DNA of 64,000 bases from Clostridiales bacterium (GCA_029907205.1 JARYMI010000016.1:959-64958); one strand, 5' to 3'; counted from the stretch's first letter, positions 1 through 9,748 are shown. Numbers and translations are program-made. Notes: generated from the letters alone by a model not told the origin.

Positions 1-2
1 TC

Positions 3-221
3 GGGTATTTCGACAACGCTCTGGCCAAAATTTTTTCTCTGGCTTTGTTAAGAGAAGCGAAAGTCATCGCTTATACCTATTACCCAAAAAGACAGACCAA
101 CCTTTATGCCTCTACCCTCGGCAGTACGGCGCTATTCGATGAAAAACACATCGAAGATTTGCTCCCCACCCTGAAGAGCGGTTTCTACTATCTCTGGCTG
201 CCCCAATTCGCCAGCGATTGA
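3..221 (+). CDS. 3' end of a gene cut by the window edge, unknown product
   Basis: Open frame from the edge (GYFDNALAKIF...WLPQFASD) to TGA at 219-221. Confidence 0.6.
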   Translation, partial: GYFDNALAKIFSLALLREAKVIAYTYYPKRQTNLYASTLGSTALFDEKHIEDLLPTLKSGFYYLWLPQFASD

Positions 222-222
222 A

Positions 223-248
223 AATTGGGGACAGCATACGTAACCACC
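223..248 (+). repeat. 26-bp dispersed repeat, copy 1 (forward)
   Basis: aattggggacagcatacgtaaccacc matches the other copies. Confidence 0.9.
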
Positions 249-332
249 TTAATTTCTCTTATTCTCTTGGCTGGATAACGCCCGCGATATATTAAGAACG
301 TTATATTAAAAAAAGGTCGACGCCCATTTTTC

Positions 333-362
333 TTGACACGCGAGAAGAGGCAGGGATAGAAT
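333..362 (+). promoter_or_regulatory. sigma70-type promoter for the MlrC-like gene
   Basis: TTGACA-18nt-TAGAAT. Confidence 0.6.
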
Positions 363-482
363 TTTCCTCCGAGTGATAAGACGTCGACTGTGCGAGTCTC
401 TTAAGAAAGACGCTAAATCTGTTATCATTTCCCGTACAGTCTCAATCCAATTTCGATATAACTACTCCGGGGAGGGGAAGTT

Positions 483-2030
483 ATGCGAACCCATGCTAAG
501 CATGACCGTTGCTGTAGAGCCGTTTACTGGGTTTTGCTTTTTTTTCTGACTTTAAGCGCGATCGCGTGCGCGAAGGCGGTAGAGGAGAAAAAGCTGAGGA
601 TTGCCGTGGCCACGTTTTCCCACGAAACCTGCACCTTCTGTCCCGACTCCACGACTGTTGAAGATTGGGAGTATTATGGGCCGCCCACGCGCGACATCAT
701 CAAGGCCGACAGCGGCTACATCGGCGGGTTTAGGGCAGCCTGCGAAGAATACGGCGACGTCGATCTCGTCGGGATTCTTTCCCCCCGTGGTTCCCGCGGC
801 GGCTCGTCGGGGAGCTGGATCACCCGGGAAGCTTTCGACAAATACGCCGGCCTCATCGTCGAAGACCTGAAGAAACAGGGTCCTTTTGACGGCGTCTTTC
901 TGGCTCTCCACGGCGCTATGGCCGTCAGTGGCATCCCAAAGCCCGAAGCAGAGCTGGCGCGCCGGGTGAGGGAGGCCGTGGGCAATGTTCCCATCATGAT
1001 CACCTTTGACCTCCATGCGAACGAAGACGAGGAGATCGCTGAAGCGGCTGATGCTGTCTTCATCATCAAGCGATACCCTCACTACGACACGACTCTAACC
1101 GGAGAGACTGCCGCGAGAGTGATGATCCAGACCCTGCGCGGCAGGTACAAGCCTACGATGGCGGTCAGAAAGCCGGGGGTCATCACGCCCAGCGTTTTTC
1201 AGGGCACGGGGACTTCGCCAGCCATGGAGATCATGGAGAGGGCTCGCATCTGGGAATGCGAGCATCCGGGGGCTCATGTCTCGGTCGCCTTCGGTTTTGC
1301 CTATGCGGATGTCCCGGACGCAGGCGCTGCGGTCGTCGTCGTCACCAATAATGACCAAGCTCTGGCCGAAAGGATCGCAGACGACATGTCCGATTACATC
1401 TGGCGGCTCAGGCATATGTTTGCCGGGAAAAAGCTTCCCCAGACGGAAGAGGGAGTAAAGCTGGCTATTACTGCAGCCCAAGAAGGAAAGACACCGGTTA
1501 TTGTCGCTGACCACAGCGACAGGACAGGCGGCTCGACGTATATCCTTGAAGAGCTCATTCGTCAAGGTGCCAGGAATTTCTGCGTCGCCACGCTGCGCGA
1601 TGAGAGGGCTCTCAAAGAAATCAAGGCGCGCTATAAGATGGGAGATCCCGTGTCTATCGCCGTTGGCGGGTGGACGGACAAATTCGCCGGCAAGCCAATA
1701 AAAATTGATGGCAAAATAGAATTCCTTGGCCAACTCGGCCGCGAAACCATAGCCGTCATCCTGTTTGGCGCCAACAACCGCGTCATCCTGACTCCTCAGC
1801 TCATGCAGGTCACTGACACGAGCATATTCGAGGTCCTTGGCCTCGACGCCAAAGCTCTGGATATCATCGTTCTCAAGTCACGCGTCCACTTCCGGAGAGG
1901 CTTTGCCGACACAGGCCTGGCTGGAGCCATCATCGAAGTCGACGCGCCAGGCTGGGGGCCGGCCGACCTAACCGTGCTCCCCTACCAAAACATCCCCAAG
2001 GATATCTACCCTGTTTATAAGAAAGACTGA
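483..2030 (+). CDS. MlrC-like (M81) metallopeptidase with signal peptide
   Basis: HETCTF, LALHGAM, DLHAN, RYPHYD, ADHSD..GG, LKSRVHFR motifs typical of MlrC; hydrophobic N-terminus; GGAGG RBS. Confidence 0.88.
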   Translation: MRTHAKHDRCCRAVYWVLLFFLTLSAIACAKAVEEKKLRIAVATFSHETCTFCPDSTTVEDWEYYGPPTRDIIKADSGYIGGFRAACEEYGDVDLVGILSPRGSRGGSSGSWITREAFDKYAGLIVEDLKKQGPFDGVFLALHGAMAVSGIPKPEAELARRVREAVGNVPIMITFDLHANEDEEIAEAADAVFIIKRYPHYDTTLTGETAARVMIQTLRGRYKPTMAVRKPGVITPSVFQGTGTSPAMEIMERARIWECEHPGAHVSVAFGFAYADVPDAGAAVVVVTNNDQALAERIADDMSDYIWRLRHMFAGKKLPQTEEGVKLAITAAQEGKTPVIVADHSDRTGGSTYILEELIRQGARNFCVATLRDERALKEIKARYKMGDPVSIAVGGWTDKFAGKPIKIDGKIEFLGQLGRETIAVILFGANNRVILTPQLMQVTDTSIFEVLGLDAKALDIIVLKSRVHFRRGFADTGLAGAIIEVDAPGWGPADLTVLPYQNIPKDIYPVYKKD

Positions 2031-2064
2031 CCGTGCCCGCTCTTCGGTAATAAAATGGAGTTTA

Positions 2065-2090
2065 GTGCATTACGTATGGCGTCCCCATTT
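2065..2090 (-). repeat. 26-bp dispersed repeat, copy 2 (reverse)
   Basis: Reverse complement aaatggggacgccatacgtaatgcac. Confidence 0.85.
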
Positions 2091-2105
2091 TAAAGAGGAG
2101 GAAGG

Positions 2106-3650
2106 ATGAAACAAGTGCAAAAGAAAAGAAACAGAGGTTTTTGGGCTCTTGTTTTTTTGCTCGTATTGACGCTCCTTCTGCCGTCATTGAGTGCGGTTGA
2201 GAAGGCCAAAAAAATTGAAAAAGAAAAGAAATTTGTCCTCGACTGGCTGAGCCAGCCGGAGACGGTAGAAAAATTCGGGCAAATCTCAGACGCCATCTGG
2301 TCCTACGCCGAGCTCGGCCTCCAGGAATTCCGGTCCTCCAAGCTTCTGGCTGACACGCTCGAGCAGGCCGGCTTCAAGGTAGAGCGTGGACTGGCTGGAA
2401 TGCCCACGTGCTTCGTGGCTTCCTACGGCTCTGAGAAGCCTGTCATCGGCATCCTGGGTGAATTCGATGCTCTGCCCATGCTCTCCCAGAAAGGCCGGGT
2501 CCCGCGCCAGGACCCGCTCGTGGATGGCGCTCCCGGGCACGGCTGCGGACATAACGCGATGGGTACCGCCGCGGCTGCGGCCGCCATCGCCGTTAAGGAA
2601 ACGATCGAGAAATTCGGGCTCAAGGGAACGGTCAAGATGTTCGGCTCTCCGGCCGAGGAGACGCTCATCAGCCGTCCCTTCATGGTCAGGGCAGGTCTTT
2701 TTAACGACGTCGATGTCGTCATCGACAACCACAGCAGCAGCGATTTCGGGACGGATTACGGCGTCAGCGGGAACGCCCTTTTTTCCGCAATTTTCACCTT
2801 CAAGGGCAAGACTTCCCACGGCGCATCAGCCTGGGCTGGAAGGAGCGCCCTCGACGCAGTGGAAATCATGAATATTTCGACCAACTATCTCAGGGAACAT
2901 CTTAACCTCGCCCACCGCCTCCACTATGTCATCATCGAGGGCGGCGAAGCGCCCAACGTCGTCCCGGACAGAGCCAGCGTCTGGTATTACGTGCGGAACA
3001 GCGACGATCGCGTCGAGGAAACGTACGAGAAGGTCCTCAACTGCGCCAAGGCGGCAGCCCTGGCAACGGGGACGGAACTTCAAAAAATCAGGGTTCTGAG
3101 CGCCGTCCATCAGCGTCATGCCAACAAGGCGCTGGCCGAGCTCTTCCAGAAGAATATCGACCTCGTGGGAATGCCAGGGTGGACCGAGGAAGAGCATGCT
3201 TTTGCCAAGACCCTGCAAAAAGAGCTCGGTGAAGAAGAAAAAGGGATGCCCACAGACCTCAGGCCGCTCCGCGAGCCCTGGCCTGTATCCATAGGCGGAG
3301 GCTCCTCGGATGTGGGCGATGTCTCTCTCGTTGCGCCTTTAGCCACAATCAGGTTCCCTGGCCAGGTGCCCGGCGGTATCGGCCATCACTGGTCTTCTGT
3401 GGCTTCGAACTTCGGCTCGACAGCCTGGAAGGGGCTCAACGCGGGGGCCAAGGCCATGGCTGCTTCGGCCGTCGACCTCTTGACAAAGCCCAAGGAGCTC
3501 AAGAGAATTCGGGATGAGTTTGAAGCTTATGCGAAAGAGCATCCCTACAAACCTTTCCTGCCGGCCGATGCCCAGCCGCCGCTCGACCTGAACGAAGAGC
3601 TGATGAAGAAATGGCGCCCGATGCTCGAGCAAATCTTTAATAAAGATTAA
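2106..3650 (+). CDS. M20 amidohydrolase, AbgB-like, with signal peptide
   Basis: GEFDALP, GHGCGHN, PAEE, GGEAPNVVP, GSSDVGDVS, HHW motifs; GAGGAGG RBS. Confidence 0.9.
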   Translation: MKQVQKKRNRGFWALVFLLVLTLLLPSLSAVEKAKKIEKEKKFVLDWLSQPETVEKFGQISDAIWSYAELGLQEFRSSKLLADTLEQAGFKVERGLAGMPTCFVASYGSEKPVIGILGEFDALPMLSQKGRVPRQDPLVDGAPGHGCGHNAMGTAAAAAAIAVKETIEKFGLKGTVKMFGSPAEETLISRPFMVRAGLFNDVDVVIDNHSSSDFGTDYGVSGNALFSAIFTFKGKTSHGASAWAGRSALDAVEIMNISTNYLREHLNLAHRLHYVIIEGGEAPNVVPDRASVWYYVRNSDDRVEETYEKVLNCAKAAALATGTELQKIRVLSAVHQRHANKALAELFQKNIDLVGMPGWTEEEHAFAKTLQKELGEEEKGMPTDLRPLREPWPVSIGGGSSDVGDVSLVAPLATIRFPGQVPGGIGHHWSSVASNFGSTAWKGLNAGAKAMAASAVDLLTKPKELKRIRDEFEAYAKEHPYKPFLPADAQPPLDLNEELMKKWRPMLEQIFNKD

Positions 3651-3788
3651 GCTCCCGACAGCGGCACTTTTCCGCCAGTGCGGCAGCACGATCTTCTCAT
3701 GACCAAGAATGTATGAAAATTTTTTGCCACGGACTTCAAAATTATATGTGACTGAAGATGCGATTTCTAATACAGTTCTTATGTTGGC

Positions 3789-5168
3789 TCAGAATCGAAG
3801 GATGAGTTTTGTCGTCGTGAAAAAGATCAAAAGACCGGTGATATCGACGATTGTGGTCAGCGCGGGGCTGGCCACTACAGCGGGGTCAAACTTGAGCCTG
3901 GCTGCGGCCAGCGGCAAGACGGCTCCTATCAGGGTAGAGCTTATCACTTGAAGAGCGAGCGCAATGCTTACGGCTAGGGCCACTGTCCAGAGCGAAATGG
4001 CCCCCGGCATGGCGGATTTCCCGCTGAAGATAAGAACCCGGCTGAAGGCGACCGCTGCCAGCAAAAGGCCGAGCAGAAGGGAAACCTGAATCTCTTTGAA
4101 AACGACTCTTAGAGCATCTTTCCCGGAAACTTCTTTCAGAGCCAGGGCGCGGACAACGAGAGTGGCTGACTGGCTTCCCGTGTTACCGCCCGTATCGGCG
4201 AGCATGGGCATGAACGTGGCCAGAATAGCGAACTGAAGGAGCAGCCCTTCAAAGCTCTGAACGATGTAGCCCGAGACAAACCCGAGCAGAGCCAAAGCTA
4301 AGATCCACAGCGATCTGTTTCTGAAATGATCCCAGGCTGAAGTTCTCAGGTAAGCTCGGGCTTCGTGGCGCCCGGCGATGGCCATGAACTTCTCCATGTC
4401 CTCGGTGTGCTCCTGGGTGACGATGTCGAAAGCATCATCATGGGTGATAATCCCGACGAGCGTTCTTTGACTGTTGACAACGGGCAAGGCGATGAGATCG
4501 TATTTCTGGATTTTCCGCGCTGCTTCTTCCTGGTCATCCGTCACCCAGGCAAAGGCAACATCCTTATTCATGATGTCGCGGATGCGAGCTTCGGGCCGCG
4601 CCAGAATGAGGTCTTTCAGAGAAATAAACCCGAGCAGTTCACGCTTCTGGTCTATCACATAGGCATAGTAGATTGTTTCCTTGTCCGGCGCCTCGAGACG
4701 CAGTTTCGCGATGGCATCGCCAGCCGTTAATTCTGGCGTGAGAGTCGCGTACTCTGAAGTCATGACAGCTCCGGCCGTGCCCTCCGGATAGGAAGCAAGC
4801 CTTCTTATGTCTTCTCTTTCCGCTTGAGCCAGGGCCGGAAGGATCGTCTCCTGTTTTTCTTTGGGCATATTCTTGAACAAATCAACCCTGTCGTCTGATG
4901 ACATGTCTGCAAACAGCCGGGCTAAGTCGTCGCGCTTCATAACCTCGGTCATGTCGACCTGAATATCTCTCTCCAGATGGCTGAAAATTTCAGATTGCAG
5001 AGGGTGTGGAGCTTGGCGCAAAACTTCCCAGGCTTCTCGGGGAGTCAGCGCCGAAATAAAATCGGCGATGACGCTGGGATGCCCCGACTGACAGAAAAGG
5101 CGCAGCTCCTCAGTATTCCCTGTGGCAATGGCTTCTCGCAGTTCCGGGACGAGGAGGGATATTTTCAC
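3789..5168 (-). CDS. mgtE: Magnesium transporter MgtE
   Basis: N-domain, two CBS domains, GGNTGSQ and DPAVVASPALTTIVDITG motifs; GGAGGT RBS before GTG. Confidence 0.96.
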   Translation of the reverse strand: MKISLLVPELREAIATGNTEELRLFCQSGHPSVIADFISALTPREAWEVLRQAPHPLQSEIFSHLERDIQVDMTEVMKRDDLARLFADMSSDDRVDLFKNMPKEKQETILPALAQAEREDIRRLASYPEGTAGAVMTSEYATLTPELTAGDAIAKLRLEAPDKETIYYAYVIDQKRELLGFISLKDLILARPEARIRDIMNKDVAFAWVTDDQEEAARKIQKYDLIALPVVNSQRTLVGIITHDDAFDIVTQEHTEDMEKFMAIAGRHEARAYLRTSAWDHFRNRSLWILALALLGFVSGYIVQSFEGLLLQFAILATFMPMLADTGGNTGSQSATLVVRALALKEVSGKDALRVVFKEIQVSLLLGLLLAAVAFSRVLIFSGKSAMPGAISLWTVALAVSIALALQVISSTLIGAVLPLAAARLKFDPAVVASPALTTIVDITGLLIFFTTTKLILRF

Positions 5169-5221
5169 GGCTCACCTCCCTTGGACTGCTCCGGGCTCGC
5201 AGCCGGGAGTGAACCGAAAGG

Positions 5222-5359
5222 TCAAGCGGCCTGAAAGTTATACCGGTTCACGCCGCTGGCTGCTGCGCACAGCCGTTGCAGCCCGCCTGGTCTTATCCAC
5301 AGCATCAAAAGCCGCCGCTCAGGCGATTTGAAGCACCATGGACTATCAGAATCACTCAT
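5222..5359 (-). other. Candidate leader uORF of mgtE (MSDSDSPW..., 45 aa)
   Basis: ATG 5359 to TGA 5222, between the promoter and the mgtE RBS. Confidence 0.45.
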
Positions 5360-5385
5360 GATCGCTCATCCGTTAGCATGAGTTT

Positions 5386-5414
5386 CTTATACATCTTGTC
5401 CTTTGTTCCGTCAA
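5386..5414 (-). promoter_or_regulatory. sigma70-type promoter for mgtE
   Basis: TTGACG-17nt-TATAAG on the minus strand. Confidence 0.6.
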
Positions 5415-5513
5415 GAGAAAAAGCCGAGAAAAAGTTGACTGCGGGGCACAATTCTTACCATAGGTCAAGAGCCGACGGTCTCTCACCTGATCGCTGAGCC
5501 AGCTCAGCAGAAG

Positions 5514-5555
5514 ATGAACTTGTCGGATTCTGGTAGAGCTATTTGGCCTAATTGA
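5514..5555 (+). other. Candidate leader uORF of corA (MNLSDSGRAIWPN)
   Basis: ATG 5514 to TGA 5555, about 140 nt upstream of the corA start. Confidence 0.45.
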
Positions 5556-5691
5556 CATTAACCCTCAGCGACACGGAAAAGATGACTTGCTTCGGCTGTC
5601 CATCAACTTTGACAGGAGCTTGATTTGAAGGCAATCTTGATTAAAAATAGATAACGAAAAAGTGCTTTCAGGTCCAGAGAGGAGATCAGCC

Positions 5692-6606
5692 ATGCTGAGA
5701 AGATACGAGATTATCAACAACAAGATCGAGGAGACCGCGAACGACAAGAGCCCGATCATGATGTTCATCAACCCCGACGACAAGGAGAAACGTCAGCTCA
5801 TCGATCAATACGGGGTAGACGAGCACACGCTCGCTTCTGCCCTTGACCCTGATGAGCTCGCCCGGCTCGAATGCGAACCCAATCATATCGCTCTCGTCTT
5901 CAAACGCCCCAAGAATTATTCCGGGAAAGACCAACTTCTTTTCAAAGCCTCAACCCTGGGCATTTTTTTCTTTGGCGATTTTCTGATCATCGTCATGGGC
6001 GAAGACACGAATCTTTTCGAAGGAAAGCCCTTCGTCAAGGTGGGTTCGCCCCGCGAGGTCCTGCTCAAGCTCATCTACCGGTCGATCTTCCATTTTCTCG
6101 AGCACCTCAAGGTCATCAACATGATCTCGGACGAAGTGGAACAGAAGATCAACCGGGCCATGGAAAACCGCTTCCTGATCAACCTGTTCACTCTGCAGAA
6201 GAGCCTTGTTTACTACCAGAACGCCATCCATGCCAACGGCGTGCTCATCGAGAAGATCCGGCACAACTCTTCGAGGATCGGGTTCACGACCGAGGAGATT
6301 GAACTTCTCGAAGACATCCTCATCGAGAACAGCCAGTGCTATCGCCAGGCGGAGGTCTATTCCAACATCCTGGCCAGCTTGATGGACGCCCGGGCTTCGA
6401 TCGTCAGCAACAACATCAACGTCCTGGTCAAAACCCTGAACATCATCACAATCGCTATCATGGTGCCGACTCTCGTCGTCTCGGCTTTCTCGATGAACGT
6501 CCGGATCCCGCTGTCAGAGCTTTACTCGGCCTTCTGGATCATCTTGGGGATGGGAGGGTTGGCGATGGTCGGGTTTCTCCTCTTCTGGAAACTCCGCAAG
6601 TGGTGA
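5692..6606 (+). CDS. corA: CorA-family Mg2+/divalent cation transporter
   Basis: ALDPDELAR, MDARASIVSNNIN, PTLVVSAFSMNV (variant of the GMN motif), two C-terminal TM helices; GAGGAG RBS before ATG 5692. Confidence 0.9.
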   Translation: MLRRYEIINNKIEETANDKSPIMMFINPDDKEKRQLIDQYGVDEHTLASALDPDELARLECEPNHIALVFKRPKNYSGKDQLLFKASTLGIFFFGDFLIIVMGEDTNLFEGKPFVKVGSPREVLLKLIYRSIFHFLEHLKVINMISDEVEQKINRAMENRFLINLFTLQKSLVYYQNAIHANGVLIEKIRHNSSRIGFTTEEIELLEDILIENSQCYRQAEVYSNILASLMDARASIVSNNINVLVKTLNIITIAIMVPTLVVSAFSMNVRIPLSELYSAFWIILGMGGLAMVGFLLFWKLRKW

Positions 6607-6637
6607 TGCCGGTGGGGCTCAAGTTCCTCCCTAAAAA

Positions 6638-7138
6638 ATGCCGCTTTTAATGAAATGGCTCTTGCTTTTGTCATGCCTGGCGATCCTCTCCCTGGCCCTG
6701 AATTTTTTGAGCTACCGCCTGCTCAAGAAACGGATCCTAAAGAAACGGAAGTGGGATCTCAACATCTGTTGCGGCAAGACGGATGGCGGAGGCATTAACG
6801 CGGATATTATCCATCACACGAAGTTACCCCGTTTTGTTCTGATCGACTCTATCTATTCTTTGCCTTTTAAGGACCATCAGTTCGAGACCGTTCTCTGTTC
6901 GCACACTCTTGAGCACGTGGAAGATCCAGTCGGCTTTTACAAGGAACTGACCCGGGTTGGGAAGCAGATCACGATCGTTCTTCCGCCCCTTTGGGACTTT
7001 GCCGGGGTTCTTAATGTTTTCGAGCATCGCTGGATTTTTTTGACCCTTAAAAAAGTGCACACCCGTCTCCCAGCCCATGTCCGCCTGCCCCTCTCCAGAA
7101 CCGTCCAGCGCATCTTGAGACAGCGGATTCGCGCCTAA
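6638..7138 (+). CDS. Small SAM-methyltransferase-like protein (Methyltransf_11), N-terminal TM
   Basis: LNICCG, SLPFKDHQFETVLCSHTLEHV motifs. Confidence 0.7.
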   Translation: MPLLMKWLLLLSCLAILSLALNFLSYRLLKKRILKKRKWDLNICCGKTDGGGINADIIHHTKLPRFVLIDSIYSLPFKDHQFETVLCSHTLEHVEDPVGFYKELTRVGKQITIVLPPLWDFAGVLNVFEHRWIFLTLKKVHTRLPAHVRLPLSRTVQRILRQRIRA

Positions 7139-7250
7139 TCTAACCTGACGGGCTTGACTGCCCAAAGATTGGCCATCCCTAACCAGGGCATAACCGCCGT
7201 GCGGGCCGTGACCAAGAAGAAATGAAAGTGAAGGCATACAGGAAAGTTCT

Positions 7251-8375
7251 TTAACGGGAAGAGCGGAAGGCCAACCGTTCATATTCTTCAATAACGACCC
7301 GGTTCGCTGTCTCCCAATCTCTGCCTTTAATTTTCTGAAGTCCCGTGTTTTTTGTCCGGTTATAGAGCGTCTCGTCCGTCAATAGCCTCTGGCACTCATG
7401 AAAAAATGAAAAGCTATTCCTAGACTGGGCAACAAGGCCACCGCCCGTTTGGTTGATGATTTCTTGACATCCTCCCTGGTCCGAGACAACCGCTGGCACA
7501 CCAGAAGCGATGGCTTCCTGGATGACATTGCCAAAAGTCTCCGTGGTCGAAGGAAAGAGGAGGATATCTGCGCTGGCATAAGCGACCGAAAGATCCTCGC
7601 CAGTGAGATAGCCGGGGAAAACAGCGTCGGGCATGCGTTTTTTCAGCTCCTCTTCAAGGGGACCTCGGCCCAAGAGGACAAACACCGGCGAAGGGTTCGT
7701 TCCCTTTTTGAACAGATCGTAGACCTGAATAAAAACCTGGAGCCCTTTAAACCAGGCAAACCGGCCGCTGTAGAGGATAACTTTTTTTCTCTTGGCTCCC
7801 CACCTTCGGCGAAGGGATTCGCTGCGGAAAGATGGACTGAAGCGTCCTTCCGACAGCCCGCGTGACCATATGAGAGCCGCTTGAATGCCGTGTCTGGCCA
7901 GCTTGGAGGCGCTGTCCTTGCTGGGCACCAGCAGACTGTCAGCGCTGTTATAGAACCAGCGGAGAATCGGCCACCACGGCCGGCTCAAGTACCAGATGTT
8001 CTGTTCTTCAAGATAAGAGGTAAAATCAGTGTGATAGGAAATGACCAAGGGGATACGCTTGAGCTTGGCGTAACCTGATAGGCAAGTCCCGACGGCGTCG
8101 GGCACGGTCAGGTGAATCAGGTCAGGCTTGAATATCCTGATTTGCCGGAACAGGCTTGGTCCGGGGAGGGCAAATTTGTAGTCTGGATAGAAAGGAAGGG
8201 AGACAGCAGGAACTCTAAACACCAAGACTCCGGGCAACGTTGACGGTTGCCTGGAAAAAGACCAGACCGCAACTTCGTCCCGGCGTTTACGCAGAGACCG
8301 AATCAACTCGAATAACGTTTTTGTGGCGCCATCGAAGTCCTGAACAAAAAGACCCGCGTAGATTGCAACTCTCAT
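7251..8375 (-). CDS. GT4 glycosyltransferase
   Basis: SYHTDF, YSGR..KG, PSTTETFGNVIQEAIASGVP. Confidence 0.92.
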   Translation of the reverse strand: MRVAIYAGLFVQDFDGATKTLFELIRSLRKRRDEVAVWSFSRQPSTLPGVLVFRVPAVSLPFYPDYKFALPGPSLFRQIRIFKPDLIHLTVPDAVGTCLSGYAKLKRIPLVISYHTDFTSYLEEQNIWYLSRPWWPILRWFYNSADSLLVPSKDSASKLARHGIQAALIWSRGLSEGRFSPSFRSESLRRRWGAKRKKVILYSGRFAWFKGLQVFIQVYDLFKKGTNPSPVFVLLGRGPLEEELKKRMPDAVFPGYLTGEDLSVAYASADILLFPSTTETFGNVIQEAIASGVPAVVSDQGGCQEIINQTGGGLVAQSRNSFSFFHECQRLLTDETLYNRTKNTGLQKIKGRDWETANRVVIEEYERLAFRSSR

Positions 8376-8467
8376 CCTTTTGCTGAATAAAGAATAAGAA
8401 ATGAGCCGATGGATGTCAAGAGAATTGTGGCGAATCTAACGGATCTAAAAGGTCCCGAACTGCCGTT

Positions 8468-8875
8468 TCAGGTTGCGAGCTTTGCCTCGATGGTAAAATC
8501 GGGCGGCCTCAGGATGTGGGCTTTCACTGTGCACTGATCCACAGCCCGAATGATGGCATTCCTGTATTTATTGGGAAACTCCGGCGGAAGCAGAAGCTCG
8601 ATCGAAATTTTGTCGATCATCTTGGTCTCGGCGTTCTTTTCTGTCCTCAAAACAACGGTCGCTTCATCAATGGGAATTCCCCTTTCCCGGCAGAAAGCGA
8701 GGACATAGTAGCCAGCGCAAGTGGCGATGGAAGCCAGAAAGAGGTCGAACGGCGCCGGTGCCGTCTCTTCGCCGCCCTGGTAGATGGGCTGGTCAGTCTT
8801 GATAACAAATCCTTTGCATTCTGCGTCAACCTTCAGGCCTCCTGGGAAAGAAACCTTGATCTCTCTATCGCTCAT
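8468..8875 (-). CDS. OsmC/Ohr-family protein
   Basis: TDQP..GG..APAPFDLFLASIATC and distal QCTVK cysteine. Confidence 0.88.
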   Translation of the reverse strand: MSDREIKVSFPGGLKVDAECKGFVIKTDQPIYQGGEETAPAPFDLFLASIATCAGYYVLAFCRERGIPIDEATVVLRTEKNAETKMIDKISIELLLPPEFPNKYRNAIIRAVDQCTVKAHILRPPDFTIEAKLAT

Positions 8876-8997
8876 TCGTTACTCCTTGATAAGGGTCTTC
8901 TCATACAAAACAAATTCGCCCTCTTAACCTACTAACTCTATCGAAATAGTATAAATTTTTCAACCTCAAATAGAGCAAATCAGGGAAAGCTTATCAA

Positions 8998-9032
8998 TAA
9001 TAATTGGGTAATAATTGGGGTAATAATTGGGG
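8998..9032 (+). repeat. Tandem triplication TAATAATTGGG(G) running into repeat copy 3
   Basis: taataattggg-taataattgggg-taataattgggg. Confidence 0.85.
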
Positions 9033-9050
9033 ACAGCTTACATAATTACC
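9025..9050 (+). repeat. 26-bp dispersed repeat, copy 3 (forward)
   Basis: aattggggacagcttacataattacc. Confidence 0.9.
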
Positions 9051-9160
9051 CTATTTTTTTCAAACGCCGTTTCTTTGTATTATAATTCTCTCTTTCCTGA
9101 TAAAGGAAAAAAATGGAACCCGCAGCCTGTCGAAGAAAGCGTGCCGGGAGGGAGAAATCA

Positions 9161-9700
9161 ATGGCCAGGGCAAACGACTTAGAAGAAATGTTCCGCAAAC
9201 ACGGCTTCACCGATTTCCGCTGGCTTGACCCAAACGAGATCGTGGTCGCGCAGTGGGCCCGGATGAAGTGCCTTTATGGGTGCAACGAGTACGGAAAGAC
9301 AGCTTCCTGCCCGCCCAACGTCCCTTCTGTCGCAGAGTGCGAACGCTTTTTCCGGGAATACCGTCGAGCTGTCGTGTTCCATTTCGAAAAGAAAGTCGCC
9401 AAGCCGGAGGACCGGTTCGCCTGGACGCGAAAAACAAACCTCAAGCTCCTCAAGCTCGAGCAGGAGGTTTTCATATCGGGGTATGAAAAGGCCTTCCTTC
9501 TTTTCATGGATAGCTGCAACATCTGCGCCGAGTGCACCGGGAAGCGCGAGACCTGCAAGCAGCCGAAAATGGCTCGGCCGACGCCCGAGGCCATGGCCGT
9601 CGATGTCTTCGCGACGATTAAACAGATCGGCTATCCGATCGAGGTCCTTTCGAGCTATGAGCAGCCGATGAACCGCTATGCCTTCCTGCTTATAGAATAG
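9161..9700 (+). CDS. DUF2284-like Cys-rich metal-binding protein
   Basis: KCLYGC..YG...CPP, CNICAEC...C..P.MARPTPEAMAVDVF; GGAG RBS before ATG 9161. Confidence 0.85.
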   Translation: MARANDLEEMFRKHGFTDFRWLDPNEIVVAQWARMKCLYGCNEYGKTASCPPNVPSVAECERFFREYRRAVVFHFEKKVAKPEDRFAWTRKTNLKLLKLEQEVFISGYEKAFLLFMDSCNICAECTGKRETCKQPKMARPTPEAMAVDVFATIKQIGYPIEVLSSYEQPMNRYAFLLIE

Positions 9701-9748
9701 GCAACGCCGGTCACGCCGGTTCTCCTCCTTGGCAATGAGAATGTCCGT

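Noticed and set aside
5460-5495. M-box (ykoK) riboswitch near mgtE/corA (caggtgag hairpin)
   Set aside because: Only a short resemblance; the rest of the M-box consensus is not visible.
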